Assembly (NCBI GenBank): GCA_950097015.1
Contig: CATNEN010000029.1
Location: 7,812,001-7,876,000, forward strand
DNA: 64,000 nt
DNA from: Macrostomum hystrix
Taxonomy: Eukaryota; Animalia; Platyhelminthes
Direction: 5' to 3'
Shown here: positions 37,288 through 48,983 of the stretch, piece after piece
Layout: every line of letters starts with the position of its first letter
Position numbering within the stretch: the stretch's first letter is position 1
The notes under the pieces: generated by a model
Told to the model about the DNA's origin: nothing
The model's database searches: none
The model's input: the letters and a program-made list of their open reading frames with translations, nothing else
Position numbers and translations under genes: made by a program

Positions 37288-40200
37288 ATGTGCCCGCCGA
37301 TGCAGAAGAGGCACACTGTCTGCTTCTTGAGCTTCCTCGGGGTGACCATTATTCACTCGATGCGGGTCAGCGTGGCCATCACCATGGTAACCGTCCTGGA
37401 CAAGGCGCCCCATAGCAAGGTTGGAAGCCAAAATGCGAGGGAGCTACCGGATGTGGACTGGAGCCCAACACTGGTGGGCTTGCTGCACGCCATGTTCACT
37501 ATCGGCTATTTGATCACTATGGTGCCCGGTGGCTACCTGGCGACCAAGATACCTAGCAACAGGTGAGACAGTGCCATCACATAGACACGAAGGAGACTGT
37601 AGCGCTGGGTTCATCAGACTCCACTCTCTCGTCTCGTCTCATCTATTCCCTGTCTCATTTCTCGCTAGTCTCAGCCATACCCTGTCATATTTCTACCTTA
37701 TTTCTATCTTATACATCGAAGAAGTAATCATGCGAATAAAGTAAATATTGGATGTAATCAAAACTAATTAAGCAAAAGTAATTAGCTGAAAAAAAATTGA
37801 TTACACCTGCCTGCCTCAATTGGGCCAAATGTATAGCCAAAAGTGCAGTCGCAACTTTTGCGCGATGCATTTGAAGACTGTGCACGACCGTTCAGTCCAT
37901 GGACTGGGAGGCAGCCTTCAATTAGCCTAGCTAATGCTTGCACCCACTTAACAACTGAATGAATTTAAGCAACGCAGATTTAAGGGGCTTGCTAAAGGGC
38001 ATAAATTTTTCCAGTGGAGTCGGGAATCAAACCTACGAACTCAAGTCGTGCGTCGTACGCACTAGCCACTAGGCTAATCTCCCTAAAAACAAAAGCGTAC
38101 CATACATATTTCCTACTGGTAGTTCAGAAGTAGTTCAGAAAAGCACTACAAGGAGTTACTGCAGACTAAAATCCTTACTCAAAGAAGACTTCAAAATCGT
38201 TTAAATTATAATTCAACGGTTGAAAACGCGAATCGAAATAATCACTGCCAGGATCTTTGGCAGCTGCATCGGCCTCTCCTGCGCCCTGAACCTGCTGCTT
38301 CCAAGCGCCATCGCTGACCTTGGCTTTGTGTTCACCTGCTCATTACGATTGGCACAGGGTTTGTTTGAAGTGAGTTGTCGGATTTGTTTTTAAAGCTACC
38401 TTTTCAGATTTCTCTGCATGATGCTCATTAAAAACTTCTGTCGCAGGGAGCGGTGATTCCATGCCTCTACAAAATAATTCACGACTGGGCACCGCGCTCT
38501 GAGCGAAGCTCGTTTGTAGCCTTCTGCCTAACAGGTGAGTTCGGGGGTGAGTGGCAGAGCAGTTAACGCGTTTGCCTCTCGCACCAAGGTCCCTGTGCTT
38601 GATTCCGCGGCGAGGCCACATTCATTTGGGGCGCAGCTTGGGAGAGAAGGCCTGGAGGCTTGACGTGCAATTTACGCCCATTAGGACTAAAGTTGTTCAT
38701 GTTCAGTTCTTCATCCATTTCCATTGTGATGTACGTTCTATTCTTGTGCTCAGGGGTAAGTGGAACTGGCAGAGTTGCCCCTGCATATAGCTCGTAAGAA
38801 GTATTACAATTTTTTCGTTTCATTCCAGGAACTTATGTGGGCGCCATCATCGGATACCCTCTGGACGGCCTGGTGACTCACTACGCCAATTGGCAGTACA
38901 TGTATTACATTCACTCGGCTGTTGGTTTAATCTGGTATGGCCTTTGGTTCCTGTTTGTCTGCGAGATCCCGGAGTACGATTCATCAGTCACGGAGGAGGA
39001 AAAGCAGCTAATCGCCGCTGGTCGACACCGAGTCGGACAGCACACCGACGCGATTCCCTGGCGAAGCATTTTCACTAGCGGGCCGGTGTGGGCGGTGATC
39101 GCCTGTCACTTCGTGCGCAGCTGGATGCTGTTCTTCCTGCTCACTTATGAGCCGGCCTACCTAAGCATCTTTAACTTCTCCATACTGGAGGTGAGCGATT
39201 TGTTCATCGTAGGCATCGTTGAACGACTCCCATGAGCTTAATAAAAAAGCCAGTGAAAACGCGAAAGATTGCTATAAAATGCAGAATGGCATCTTCTCAG
39301 CGACGCCGCATGCGCTGAAAGTGGCCTGCTGCATCCTGGGCGGCTTTGTCGCCGATCGAATAATCGCCCAATCACCGTGCTCGCTAACTGCGGTGCGAAA
39401 GTCTTTCACCTGTATTGGTGAGCTCATATGGCAGTATTTCAAGTTATTTTAAGATGCAGTATTCCGCTACATCGAAGTACATCCCAAATCTACTCCAAAG
39501 GTTTCGGCGTGGAAGCGATCTGCTGCTACGGCCTGTCGGGCATCCGGTCCGGCTACGCCGCCATCGTCGTGCTGAACGTTGGCGTCGGAGCTGGGGGCGC
39601 AACAGTGGCCGGCTGGCAGGTGAACTACCTGGACCTGGCGCCGCAGTTTGCCTCTCTGTTGGTGGGCATCTCGGCCAGCATTGGCACAATGGGCGGCATC
39701 ATGTCGCCATTGATCATCGGCACGATGACTCATCCGCAGGTGAATAACGTTAAAGAAAATTTAGTCCCGTTGGTAACTATTCCACCTTAGTTTAGTTATA
39801 TTTTATTATAATCCAGAACCGTTAAGAGAACAAGTACCAAGTCTCCATTTTTCTTATGAAGACTTTGTTTGCTGAGCCTGATTACAGCAACTCAGGCCCA
39901 TGAAATTCTAGTACACGGGCAAATGTTTGGTTGCCCAGTCGCCAACTCTCCAGAACATTTGCGTGGTTATGTTTGCCCTAGGAATGGTGCAGGAAGTCAG
40001 AAGTCAACAGTGGTCCCAGAGGCCGTCAAGGTGGTGCCAACTGCCTGCAGTCACCGCAGCGGTCTTCGACGTTGGGGCTCAGGCGGTAGGCGGACGTCTA
40101 TCAGATGTCGGAAGAAGCCAGAAAGAAGCTGCGCGAGGCGACACTGGGCCTTCTTCTTATTTGCAGGGGGGCTGGGGCACTTGACGCACAAGCGCAGGAA

Positions 40201-42130
40201 CGGCATGCCCCCAGGCCGGCGAACTAGGCGGGAGTCGCCCATCGCGCCATCTGGACCCCTGGACACAAGCCAAGCGGGGAAGGGGGCGGCAGTCGGGGTG
40301 CCTCTCAACCCAGGCCCGCACACGCATAGAGCAGACGAAACCAGGAGATGCCTGAAGGGTAGGAACGAGAGGACCAAGCCACGCACGAATGGCTGGTGTA
40401 CACCCGCCCCACCCCCATAAAACGCCTCACACCCGGCCCAACGCACATAACGCAAACTCACACAAGCAGGCTTGCAGAAGGCAGGGGAGGTTAAGCTATT
40501 TTAATTAGCTTTGGTTGCACAGAATAAGGTGCATCTCCGCAACTTGGAGGGAGGAACGAACCAGCGACCATTGGAAAGTGAGGCAGCGACACTAGCCGCT
40601 GACCCACTCAACCCCCCCGGCACTGGGCCTGCCTCGCTGGTGCATGCCAACTTCCACGGCCGTCGATCATTCCATGGCTGCGTCTCCCCTACTGCCTCGT
40701 CGTCACCAAGCGGTCGTCTTGGTGACACCTGCTGAACATCGCTATATTCAACGATTCTGACAGACAGCAAAGTAATCCCAGTTTTCCTTAAGAGTCGAAA
40801 GCACAGAATATTACTTTTATTAGTATTAATATTACTATTATTTTTGCTCCTATGATAATTTAACAATAATGATCAACTACCATAGAATATTCTGTGGTAG
40901 AAGTACCACAAAAGGCATTTCTAATACCCAATGTTTTCTGTATCTCTCGAATTATTCAACCAAAAGCCATGAATATCTACAACACGGGCTACAATTTTCG
41001 GCTCCATCCGATGAAACAACCAAATCGTGTTGACCATCATTGCTGATAATATTGTATTGATTATATTGTTAACTATTGTACTACTGAACCAGATTCGCCA
41101 AAGAGGTTTATACAGAGCAGTGCTTTTGTCCTTGTCACCAGGTTCTTCGACAAAAAATCGCTGAATATCTGGACAATGTTGACTTCGGACTGATTTGAAA
41201 GTTTGTTTATCGTCAAAGGCTCGAAATTTAGATTCATATGGTAGAGTTTCACGGTCATTCGGTTTGGGAGCTGTCCTGAAGCAGGCAGTGGGTATTTGAA
41301 CTACCCCATGGGGTCTTTCGCCGGGGGGGGAAATACCGTCGTCTTTCTGCTGTTAAATACTAAAGCATTCAGTAAAAACCTGTAAGCCAATCAGCAAAAC
41401 AGCTTTAACCTACATTTAGTGTTTAAATTTCATCAGACTGTCGAACGCATGTATCTGTATTTTCTCTGTGTCTACTGGTACTTCCCCAGTTGGCCCCAGC
41501 TGACCGGTTGCAAATTTTCCAATCTTGCTGATTCAGCACTGGAAAGTTAATCTGACTTCGGGTTAACTCTCTATCATTTCCATCATTTTAGACACTGTGG
41601 AACTGGCAAAAGTCTTTCATCATTACTGGGTCGGTACTAACTGTCGGAATTATAATATACGCTGTGCTTGGCTCGGGTGAGTTTCACAATTATTTTGTTG
41701 CCAATGTCTTTTAGCCTTCAAATTTGCCTGCTTAGATTGCTTTGGATTGTACTTGTACTGTAAGAGAAAATGTATTTGCTTAGTTTTCTTATCACTAGCC
41801 AACCACCAGGTCGCATAGTTCCCAGTTTCCTGCGCGTTCATAGAGATTCTGAACGAATGTTCTTTCTCATATGCCCCACTAAATAAATTACGAGGTACAT
41901 TGACATCTGTCTATCAATGCTCCATTTCATTCCTAGGCGAGCTGCAGCCATGGGCTATGAACACCAAAGCATCTGGAACGGGTGAAAAGAGAGACTACGA
42001 TGTCCACCGCATCGGTCAGCCAGACGAGAATAAGTCACTTCAGAACGGTACAGGCTCGCATCCAAACTACCAGAGCACAAAAGCTGCGGTCAGAGACACC
42101 ACTGAGAGCTCGGAGTCTAACCAACCATAA
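37288..42130 (+). CDS. SLC17 family (sialin/VGLUT-like) MFS anion:cation symporter (~497 aa, 8 exons)
   Basis: Exons 37288-37562, 38252-38369, 38447-38534, 38829-39190, 39285-39417, 39501-39739, 41592-41676, 41937-42130, totalling 1494 nt in frame. Motifs: SMRVSVAITM, DWSPTLVG, MVPGGYLA, LRLAQGLFEG, WAPRSERS, IPWRSIFTSGPVWA, NYLDLAPQFA, SGELQPWA. Confidence 0.93.
37865..38074 (-). mobile_element. SINE family A
   Basis: The reverse complement begins AGGGAGATTAGCCTAGTGGCTAG with a B-box-like GTTTGATTCC. The palindrome is at 37893-37906. Confidence 0.75.
38545..38700 (+). mobile_element. SINE family B, 3'-truncated, in SLC17 intron 3
   Basis: GTGGCAGAGCAGTTAACGCGTTTGCCTCTCGCACCAAGGTCCC.. Confidence 0.75.
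40916..41310. mobile_element. MITE-like family C, copy with both inverted ends (other partial copies at 22450-22630, 46530-46870, 55432-55800, 58182-58390)
   Basis: Shared terminal motif GG(G/A)GTA(T/G)TTCAAATACCCAC and internal motif TCGAGATATTCA(A/G)CGATTCT(C/T)GTC occur in both orientations. Confidence 0.6.
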
Positions 42131-42814
42131 AAGGGAAACAGACGAGCTGCTTGGCTTCAAGATCCTACGTACAGACTTAGTACAAAATGCTAAATAAAGA
42201 GGATTTTGGTCTATCGACAAAGTTTCAGAAAAAAAATTGTCGTTTAAGTAATTTATTCTGTCTTTTCAAACTGAAAGAACAATAAATCTACGAATTCGTT
42301 TATCTCTGATGCGCATTTACGAGTGCTTTGTATTCAGTATGTCAAAGGACATTGCCAGAGAATCGAAGCAAGAGTATTAGCTACGAGTGGAATCGCAGCA
42401 AGAGTCGTAGCTAGAACCGCTACGACCGGAAGTGTCTCTTCCAGTAAATATATATTTAGGACGTTGTCTTTTTCGAATACGATTTCCCCTTCCTCACTTT
42501 TTTTTCTGCATTACGAGTATAAAAAAAATGTGAGTGTAAATGAGAATTTATAAAAACTAAAAAAAGAAACCGATGTAATGGTCCTAGAAGGGTAAATAGG
42601 AACAAAAAATGGACAAACATTCTCGTTAATACAGAATAAACATAACTGGTTTCAGCTGGTGTAATGCATAATAGCTCGATCATTTTTTACGAAGTTCTGG
42701 AGAAGGACAGGCAATAGCTTTGTTTATCAGGACAGAGACGTAATTATTTTGTTGGGTCAGGAGTGTGAAAAGGCCATTAGTTATTTCCATAATTACATTA
42801 TGTTGAACATTGTA

Positions 42815-44074
42815 CTAGCACTTGTAAAACATCTTGGTCGTTCTCACGTCCTGCAGGATTCCGCTCGTCAGCATCACCTGGTTAAATCCGTCCTGGCTGG
42901 TGCTAACGATCTTTTCAGTGTACAGGGCGTTCAGGTTGAACCTAAAATTAGTGGAATACCACCAGCCACCGTGACCGTTGGTTTTAGAGCAGCCGTTGCT
43001 GAAAGTGGCGCAGTAGGTCGACGAGACGGTGTCTCTATCGTATGTAAAGAAGGGCATCCCACTGTGAGAGCTGAAGATGTTGCTGATCAGCGTTCCTGAG
43101 CTGGTCGATGCCGGTCCAACGTTGAGCATGTAGGTGTTGGCAGCGCCGTACACCTGGAAGTACATGCTCTCGGCCCAGTGTGCTGTGCCATTGACGTCGA
43201 TCACTTCGATTCGCAGCGAGCACTGACCGTTTCTGCCGATTGAGCCTAGGGTCTCCGTGCTCAGCCGTTCGAGGCCTTGGTTTCAAAATGGGAAACAATA
43301 AAAACTACAAATAGTCGAGGTGTGAAAAAAACAAATCGCATGAAGCTTCTGTCACACAAAACTGGCCTCACCCATCCAGTAGTTGGAGTCGGGGTGCCCA
43401 AAGCCGCGCAAGTAGGTGTCCCAGTTCTGCTGAAAGGACAGACTGCCATCCACTCGCTGCTGGAAGAGCACCCAGCTGCCAGTGCCGCATGGCCCGGGAG
43501 ACGCGGGCAGCGGCAGGTCCTGCAGACGCCGGCCAGTGAGGGTCACGACGGTGCCCTGACCAAGCAGGCCTGCTGCCGAGAAAGCAATGGCCCCAGCCAG
43601 TGTCTGCTGGGAGGCCACGGCCGCCCAGCGTATCTGCTGGCATCTTTCAAAGTTGTCGCACCAGAAGGACAGCGTCGCCTCTCCTGGCCTCTCCAGGCTG
43701 CAGTCCATTGACAAAGCCGAAGATGACGATTGCAAAACGCCTCGGATAGTCGGCTCGAGGCGGGTGAGAGATAAGGCGGCGGCACCGGGTAGCCCGATGT
43801 TTTCCAGCAGCATCGGAAGCCGCAGCGAGTGACGGCCAGTGAGCTGGTCGAAGAAGACACCTGGCAGGCAGATGTTCGGGCGCACCGCCATGAACGGCTC
43901 AACGAAGCGCAGGCCAGCCAGCTCAAATACCTGCAAACTGGCGTCACGGTACGACACACTACCCACAGGCGTCGGGGTTGTCGACAACGCCGACGCGGCA
44001 GACTGACAGCTGACCAGGGCAGGCAGCAACAGCATCAACAGTAGAATTCGCCCTGACATTCTTTTCTGCATCAT
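42815..44074 (-). CDS. Secreted fibrinogen-related domain (FReD) protein with signal peptide and unassigned N-terminal region (~382-387 aa, 2 exons)
   Basis: Exons 44074 (or ATG 44059)-43372 and 43275-42815, with a 96-nt GT-AG intron at the YWMG|LE position. The N-terminus is hydrophobic (ILLLMLLLPALVSC). FReD motifs: WVLFQQRVDGSLSFQQNWDTYLRGFG, YWMGLE, LRIEV, GMPFFTYDRD, GGWWY, NLNA. Confidence 0.88.
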
Positions 44075-44169
44075 AGAGGGTGTACCGAAAAGATAGAGGC
44101 TTGAAAATTGGCTGTCTGGTAAATAAATAACAAATGTTTATATTCTCTATCATTTACACCCACCCCACT

Positions 44170-44440
44170 TAAGCCAGATGTCCAACCGACTGCACAGCGG
44201 CAGCTGCTGTATGGCGCGTCAGAGAGCTGCCTATGGCTGTTCAGTCCATGGACTGGGAGGCGCCACACGCAATCTCAATTGCCCCAGCTAATTTTGGTAC
44301 CCATTTGACGGCAGGGTGAATTGTCTTGCAAACTTAAGAGTCAAGTGTCTTGCAAAGGGCACAAATGGTTCCAGGGAAGTTAGGAATCGAAACCGACCTT
44401 CAAATCGTCACTCAGGCGCTCTAAGAACTAGGCTAGTCCC
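44170..44440 (-). mobile_element. SINE family A
   Basis: The reverse complement has a tRNA-like head and AAATGGGTACC. The palindrome is at 44242-44255. Confidence 0.75.
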
Positions 44441-45249
44441 ATAAACTCTCACTTACCTTTTAAAAGTGCGGCTTCTGATTTGAACCGATGCAGTTGGTTG
44501 TGCTGAAAAACGTCACGGGACAGTCGAAGACTTGCTCTCAAAACTGAATCTGGACTTGGCCGGCTTGGTTTGGCCACTTCTCTTGCTCTTGTTTTTCCAA
44601 AGTATTAACATCAGGCTTTTTATCTTTGCCTTATTCCAATGTGGTAGAAAATAATGAATAGTAAGATTTAGAATCCCTGATGCTAGGCGCTAACTCGACG
44701 GCGACAAGAAACAAAAGCCCACCGCGCACTGTGGTCGGTAGCCCTGCCTCTCGCAATGCACAGAAAACTGACAATTTTAGACTGCGCACTGGCTCTAGAC
44801 CACTTTCCAAGGAGCTTAAATAGAATATGTTTTACGCTCGTATTACCCAGCTCCGTTAATATGTAGAAGATATAGCATAGAGTTTAGAGACGTAATTTTA
44901 TTAAACCACTCGGGATTTAAATAAATACGTACATCCATAAACTCTATGTGGCATCTCTCTCACAAACCGCAAATATGCATTTTAAAGATGCACAGATCCC
45001 CGGGTGGTATCTACATACAACCCGGAGAAGTGCCACAGATATCAGGATCCTGGATAATGGAAATGTTGGGGTTTACGACATTTATCAAGACCACAGATCC
45101 TATATACACGTGTATATAGGATCTGTGATCAAGACGAGTCAAACGACGAAAGACCGTTCGCTTTAGTTTCTAAGCTCATCTGTTGTTTAATAAGAAGTGA
45201 TTCTCTCTGAGCTAGTCAAAATGTCAGAAGAAATACTCCTATTGAACCC

Positions 45250-45700
45250 TCTGGTGAACTAAGAAAATAACTTTATAGGAGACTACGATCCAAATATATA
45301 CCGCGGACGACGTAGAGCGTTGGTGCTGAGCGTAGTAACCCTAGCACATTGCAAGATTTTTGATCGACCGCCGACTCATCTGGTCCATCTGCAACTGCAT
45401 CGGTGGAAAGAACGTCACACGGCTTAACATTTGATATTCAAAGGAACAATGGTACTCGAATCGACCGGTTGGCAATAACACCCTGTCAAAGTTGGTCGCT
45501 GAATGTGCACAGAAGCCGGAACTGGCAACATGCTTCACTGGCAGCTTGACTAGCCATAGTCTACCAGCAGTGTGCTACTCGTCTCCATCAAGTTGGCGTA
45601 GAAGAGCAGCAAATTATGGAGCGGACAGGCCACCGGGGTCTGGTTGGGGTTCGCACGTGCAAGCGGACATCGGACAGTCAAATCGCCAACTCGTCGGCCT
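45250..45700 (+). mobile_element. Degenerate Crypton-like tyrosine recombinase (DUF3504-type) fragment
   Basis: From 45450 the sequence reads WYSNRPVGNNTLSKLVAECAQKPELATCFTGSLTSHSL, then after a frameshift CATRLHQVGVEEQQIMERTGHRGLVGVRTCKRTSDSQ. This matches the HSLRAT..TRL...G..E..IM.RTGH.S...VR.Y pattern of Crypton/DUF3504 recombinases. Confidence 0.75.
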
Positions 45701-45824
45701 TCCTAGAACCAAATTCAATTCATATTTGGTTGACAGACGCAACAAGTCATATCAAATACTCCTTTGAGTGAGACAGTTGCAGTGTTAGTTATTTTGTATT
45801 GATGCATAAGAAAATGCTTGCGGC

Positions 45825-46000
45825 GCGTCGGCGCTGTTCAGTCCATGGACTGGAGGGACGCCACAACCACCCCTGGGTGAACTGGGTGAACTGAAGCAAC
45901 ACAGAGTGAAGTGTCTTGCTAAAGGTCACAAATTGTTCCGATAAAGTCGGGAATCGAACCTTAAACCTTCAAGCCGTGAGTCCGACGCTCTATCGACAAA
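45825..46000 (-). mobile_element. SINE family A
   Basis: The reverse complement has GGTTCGATTCCCGAC and GACACTTCACTCTGTGTTGCTTCAGTTCACCCAG. The palindrome is at 45839-45852. Confidence 0.72.
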
Positions 46001-46965
46001 ATTTAGTAACTATGGCTACAGCCCTTAGGCCCGCAGGTTCTGCCAATGAAGAACTATTTCTTATAGAATATCTTTAACAAACTTGACCCTAACCATGAGT
46101 AGCTTTGAGTCCAACTAGTCAAACATAGAATTCAGAAGTGTGTTATGACAACCAGAGAGCACAAGAGAAGAAAATTGCGGGTAGAATTTATTTGATAAAT
46201 GGAGACCACAACATAATGCCTTTTCTCTAGTGTTGTCTTCTCAACCACTATTTAGAAAGAGAAAGATGCTCAGCACGCAATGCTCAGACAGATAGAAAGA
46301 CCAAAAGTAGGCAGATATAATTTAAGAACTGGACTACTAGTAGCAAGTCAGTAGCTCAGTGAGATCAGTGATATCGTCTTTTGATAGCGGTGTGAAGCGA
46401 GCCCTTAATTTTAGAGTTAAGGTAATTTGTGTCAGCGGACTAGGGGCAGAATTGCCTCATCGCTGGTTGAGGGTCGTGAAATGGTATATCAAATGCCCAC
46501 TGTCTGCATTACGATAGCTCCCAAGCAGAATGACTGATTTTCGTGAAAGTCCACCATACGGATTAAATTTTTCCGTCCTTCACGTTGAACTAATTTTCAA
46601 AACCGTCCGACGTCAGCATTGTCGAGATATTCAGCGATTCTTGTCGAAGACTCTGGTGACAAGGACAGCTGACGTTGCTCTGTATGAACCTCTATGGGAC
46701 CATTTTGGTTTGTTATTATAAAAAATTAACAATATAATCAATAGTACATTAGTAAATAGCCGACACGGTTACATAATAAACCTTTGTGAGCCGAAAAAAT
46801 TAGGCTTATTTTGGTGGTTTTTGCCGCCAGGCACCCGATGTGAAATGAACAAACAGAAAACATTTCAGGTCAGGTCAGACACAATCAAACTTAAAGTACA
46901 TGCAAACTTACAAGCAAACAAATGTATTTAATATAAATTTAATCTCAGATTGAAGTTTGCAGCTT

Positions 46966-47424
46966 CTATTCGTTAGCTCTCTTGTGCAGCTTCAATGCAT
47001 CGGACAGGGAGACGCCGAGTTCCTCCTCGCTGTTCTTCTTTAGCCTGGCAAGTAGCAGCATGGGCTGATTATCGGTGGAGTGCCGACCGCTCTGCTGGTT
47101 CGTAGAGCAGACACCGCTGAGCCGGGTGACGACCATCCGCGACTTGCCAACTGCGCGCATCACCATCGCTTCCAGGAGCACGACGGCGCCCCGATCTACC
47201 ATGTCGAATATGGCGCGCACAAACACCTGGTCGTCGAGAGACACCTGCAGTTTGAAGTCCATTATCTCGTCTGAGGGTGTCCCAACGTTAGACACTTGTA
47301 CATTTTTAACATCGATTTCACCCATTATCTTCAAATTATATTCTACTAGACGATAGCGGATCACGACTTTGGAGTTCAAGGAAGCATTGCCCATGAAGAT
47401 TTTAGGTGTGAGCGGATTTGCCAT
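46966..47424 (-). CDS. Orphan ORF or exon of unknown function (152 aa, or shorter from an internal ATG or acceptor)
   Basis: ATG-to-stop ORF. The part from MDFKLQV onward has GC3-rich codons like the neighbouring genes. No family was recognised. Confidence 0.3.
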   Translation of the reverse strand: MANPLTPKIFMGNASLNSKVVIRYRLVEYNLKIMGEIDVKNVQVSNVGTPSDEIMDFKLQVSLDDQVFVRAIFDMVDRGAVVLLEAMVMRAVGKSRMVVTRLSGVCSTNQQSGRHSTDNQPMLLLARLKKNSEEELGVSLSDALKLHKRANE

Positions 47425-47934
47425 GACTGCCGCTTCAACAGAACTAGCTTTGTCAACCCTGCAGCGATAGTCAAAGGATGGAATTTGACAGACTTATAGC
47501 ACATAAAAGCAAACTGCAAACAAATTAATTATAAAATCGACATCCGTTTTGGCCATAGAACAGAGAAACGAGACAAGAGACGATAAGCCGATTTAGGTAG
47601 AGTCCTTTGCAGTGCGCTTCTTTCAAGAGTTCCTTAATTACTTTGTGGCGAAAAAAACTTCCCTTTTTACTTTCTAGTGCTCAAGAAACGAACACCCCTC
47701 TTTGGGGGACGCGCCTGAGTGCGGATAGGCATTAAACTTTCAAGCCGGCACTCTTGGCCAGGAATAAAGTAGGTGACGGCCTATACAGGTCTGCACTTTA
47801 CCCAGCTTATGAAGCTGACCCAACAAGCGTGAAGCCGATTATTAATTACAGAGAGCCTCGGAGAAGTGTTACTTGGGTATCAGTAATACTGGCTTTTAGT
47901 CGATCGAACTATGCCTTGCTAGCTAGCTAGCCGA

Positions 47935-48736
47935 CGGTGGACATCACGGCTTTCTGCGGCGGACTCAGGAGAACCTGCAGAGCGCCTTCGACACAGTGCA
48001 CGGCCGACTACGAAGCGCCAAGGTCGAGTGCAACCAGGACTTTCGTTCGTACCGTTCGAAGAGGGCCAGCTCGTAATGCTGCGCAACTCCGTCATCAAGC
48101 GCGGCCAGACGCGGTGCCTGAGCGCCAAGTGGAAGGGGCCGTACCGAGTCCTGAGGCGCCTGGGCGAGGTCAATTACCGCATCCAGGACGAGACCGGCCG
48201 CAGGCGCCGGCTGGTGGTGCACCACGACCGCCTCAAGCGCTTCGTGCAGCGGCGGACGTCACTGGAGCTTCCGGCCGCTGCAGACCGCCAGCCACCGGGC
48301 GCCGACTCCGACAACGACGGCACCGCCTAAGAGCCACGCGGGCAGGCGGCCGATCCAGGCGGCGACGCGGTGGCCTTGTGGCCCGAGCTGCAAGCAAACG
48401 AGGCACCCGAGGAACAGCCAGCGGCACCGGCCGAGCCGGTCATTGTTCCGCGGCGGTCAGCTAGAGAATGGCGGCTACCTGACTTGTACATAGCGGGCTC
48501 TGCTTGAGTCGAGACTGTCTCTTTCTTCGAGGGGGAAAGTAGTGTAGTCTGGCTTGTTGATGCGCGTGCACTTAGATGTGCACGTGCGGCTTGTTTGGGG
48601 TGGGGGTTGAGGCTGCAGCGTGTGCGTGCTTAGGGTGGTTACACCCACCCCAACTTTGGCAATAAATATATTGGCGTGAGCGAGTGAGGTCTCCTCACGT
48701 TTGATTATTCACTGCCACTTAACCCGCGGTCTTACA
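47935..48736 (+). mobile_element. Truncated Ty3/Gypsy LTR retrotransposon 3' end: integrase C-terminus, polypurine tract, 194-bp LTR
   Basis: 48028-48330 encodes FEEGQLVMLR...LSAKWKGPYRVLRRLGEVNYRI...VVHHDRLKRF (GPY/F domain), frameshifted near 48050. PPT GAGGGGGAAAGTAG at 48529-48542. The LTR runs TGTAGT (48543) to CTTACA (48736), with AATAAA at 48661. Confidence 0.88.
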
Positions 48737-48983
48737 AAACTATAATACTTCTCAGGCTCGCTTAAGAAAATCAACCAAAACTTGGAAGCCGTACATACCA
48801 GATCTAACCTCGACTAACATGTAGAAGAAGAATAGACATAATAACGCAAAGTGATCGTATCGACCTGTCATAGTATTAAAACTGTTTTATTACTTGCTAA
48901 CTAAGTTTCAAAAGCTAAACGTCCGACCTCAAACTGAGGTTTTGCAGCCTGAATTTATTTTAATGCTTAATGGTCGAACAGTT

